Positions 61,210-64,000 of a stretch of DNA of 64,000 bases are shown piece by piece. The stretch is from positions 164,798,001-164,862,000 of the forward strand of contig NC_086097.1 in assembly GCF_963921235.1 (NCBI RefSeq), in the 5' to 3' direction. The notes under the pieces were generated by a model. It did no database searches. It was not told the DNA's origin and saw only the letters and a list, made by a program, of their open reading frames with translations. The DNA is from Mobula hypostoma (Eukaryota). How positions within the stretch are numbered: position 1 is the first letter of the stretch; each line of letters opens with the position of its first letter. Position numbers and translations under genes: made by a program.

Positions 61210-62040
61210 TGGGGGGGGAATCTTATTGAAACCTTTCGCTTATTGAAAAACCTAGTTAGAATGAATGAATGTGGAGAGGATGTTTCCACTGGTGGGAGAG
61301 TCTAGGACCAAAGGGCAAAGCCTCAGAATAGAGGGATACCCATTTAGCACAAGATGAGGAGGTAATTCCTTTTGCCAGAAGGTGATGAATCTGTGGAATT
61401 CATTGCTACAAATGGCTATGGAGGTCATATCATTGGGTATATATAAAACTGAGGTTGATAGTTTCTAGATTAGTCAGGGCATCAAAGGTTACAGGGAGAA
61501 CGTAGGAGAATGGGGTTGAGAGGGATAATAAATCAATCATGATGGAATGGAGGAGCAGACATAATGGCCTAATTCTGCTCCTTTGTTTTATGATTTTATG
61601 GTCTTATTCCAGATTATCACCACTACCTGACAACCGCTCCCCCCCCCCTCACATCGGATCTCCTTTAAATTTCTCCCTTTCTCATCTTAACATATGCCCT
61701 CCAGTTTTAGACTACTCTGCTGAGGGTAAAAGACTGACTATCTACCCTAACTATACCCCTCATAATTTTATGAACCTCTATAAAGCTGACATTCAATCTT
61801 TTACTCTGCAGTCAGAACAAATCTAGCCAATCCAATTTCTCCTTGTAACTAAGCAACATCCAGGAACCATCCTGGTGAATCTTTTCTAATACTATCACAT
61901 CCTTCCTGCAGTCTGCCAACCAGAACAGTGCACGATACTCCACGTGCTTCCTAACCAACGTTTTATACAGCTGCAACATGATGTCCCAAATCTTATATTC
62001 AATGTCTCAGCCTATGAGGACAAGCATACCAAATGCACAT
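61210..62040. mobile_element. CR1 fragments (61210-61605 plus, 61640-62040 minus)
   Basis: Nucleotide similarity to the CR1 3' ends at 52265-52700 and 14150-14560. Confidence 0.7.
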
Positions 62041-63725
62041 TTTCCCTCTGTTTCTTTCTCTCACTATGAAGTACTAAGCAAAAATCCTTTAGTTAAACAT
62101 CCAAGCCAAAGGAAAGACCATTCCATAGTTATCCTGATGAACACTCTGTGAACCTTGTGGCTTTCATTGAGATAATTTTGTATGTTTCAACAATTTTTAT
62201 GTACAGAGAGCTTCACTTGAACATCAACATCTTTGCCTGTTATGGAATTATGGAGTACCTGGAGTGAGGTGAAGGGTGCAGGTCTGAATGTGAGGGCTGC
62301 GGATAATATGGAGGGTTGAGTATTAGGTACAAGGCTGATATGCGGTAGAAGGCTTGAATTACTGGCATCTGCATCAAGCCTGCAAACTGAGATCAGATCA
62401 CACTGCAGCAGGAGAACATGTTACCTAGCAACACAAGGTGTGTTCTACAGAATAAGGAATCAAACAGGAGGAGAAATAGATGAAAAATTTAATATTAAAC
62501 TAAAAAGGACATTTTTGGCCTCAAGGAAGAAGACTAGCAAGAAGGTAATTGCTTATTTTTTAGCTTAAATGCCAAACTGGGAATTTCAAATCCTGCTAAA
62601 TAATTGAAATTAAAGTCTACTTTTTCCAGCCAACAGGACCAACAATGTTCATGAGGCAATGGCCCAGAGTCAAGGAATAATCCAGGTGATAATTTAGGAA
62701 AATACAGGCCAATGATCTCTTTCTGAACTTTGGTTAAATTGTCAGTAAAGCATGTCATAATTTCAGACACAGCACAAGTTTAATATGTGACAGCAAAGCT
62801 GGGAGAGTGAATTTCTGACGTGCAGTGCGATATTAGGCTTCTGCGGAGTATAATATTGAAGTGGATTTATCTGCATTTGGAGTAAATATACTTAATCACC
62901 TCTTTGATTTACAAGAGACAAGTTAGGTCAATCCAATGAACTCTCCAAGGAATCTTGATGTTAGTCCCACCAGCTAGGAGTCAGATCAGTGTTGTTCCTT
63001 AGAGAAATGACAGGTGCTAGGAATAAAAGGTGGTATCTCAAAAGCTATCATGCAGGGAAAAAAAGCGTGACAAAATTAAATGCTGCAGAATTTTGGAATT
63101 CAGCTAAAAGAGTAGGGAAGTAATTGATGAGGAATCATGAAGCAAAATGCATGAAGTTTCAGGAAATACTAGTGTACCAGCACTAAACTGCAGTGGACTC
63201 GCATGGGGTCACTGACACTTCAGTTATATTTAGGAACTGTCTGACTTAAACATTGAAGGGTAGAACTTTACAACGCTGAAAGCCATTTGTCAACCATAGC
63301 TGTGAGAAGATCCATCCAAAATTCCCTTTATAGGTTTTATTGTTTGTGTCAACCACACACTGTGGCAAATTATGCTCTAACACCTCCCTCTGTAAATAAA
63401 TCCCACCTCCCAACCTATTTCCACACTCTCAGTTAAAATCATCACTGAATTCTCAGATAGAAAATTACCACTCTCAAAACCCATCATCAGTTAAAAAAAA
63501 TCAACTAAATCTCTAAGCCTATTGTTAATGAATATTCACAATAGCTGCAGTACAAAAAGTTTTTGATTGGTTGAGAAGAGTTTTTTTGATTTGAAGACAT
63601 GGAGCTCTTTCTTCACAATCCTATCACCATCTTTACGCAGCTTTGTTGTATGCTCTCCATAAGTGATCCAACTTCAATAATTATATTGTTTAGTTCAAGG
63701 TTATAATTTCATTATTGCTCATACT

Positions 63726-64000
63726 TACACTCAGTGGCAACTTTATTAGGTACCTCCTGCTCCTAATAAAGTGGCCATTGAGTGTATGTTCATGGTCTTC
63801 TGCTGATGGAGCCCATCCAGTCCAAGATTTGACGTGTTGTTTATTCAACAATGCTGTTCTGCACACCACAATTGTAACACGTGGTTATTTGAGTTACTGT
63901 CACCTTCCTGTCAGCTTGAACCAACATGTCCATTATCCTCCGACCTCTGTCATTAACAAGATATTTTTGCCCACAGAACTGCCACTCACAGAATTTTTTT
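63726..64000 (-). mobile_element. Tc1-like remnant, same family as 39493-40040, running off the window
   Basis: Reverse complement of 39800-40030 and a TA-CACTCAGTGGCAACTTTATTAGG terminus. Confidence 0.75.

Overview
Vertebrate genomic DNA. The mix of CR1, Penelope, Rex-Babar and RTE repeats suggests a cartilaginous fish, probably a ray (inference only). The first ~3.7 kb holds a probable terminal coding exon (1903-2112, +, gene not identified) and a long 3' UTR with several miRNA seed matches. I found no convincing host exon in the remaining ~60 kb, which is a dense, nested transposon field. It contains many CR1 and Rex1/Babar LINE pieces, a near-full-length RTE LINE, a complete but decayed Gypsy element (LTRs, tRNA-Trp PBS, -1 frameshift signal, 4-bp TSD), a decayed BEL/Pao element, solo LTRs, Tc1-like and Tigger-like remnants, and several Penelope-like elements (PLEs). 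The most notable items are minimal hammerhead-ribozyme motifs in the PLE ends, a 283-bp TSD-flanked palindromic PLE derivative with a hammerhead motif on each strand, a CR1 insertion with twin-priming geometry, and multi-level nested insertions. Family assignments come from motif recognition by eye, and boundaries without a stated TSD are approximate.
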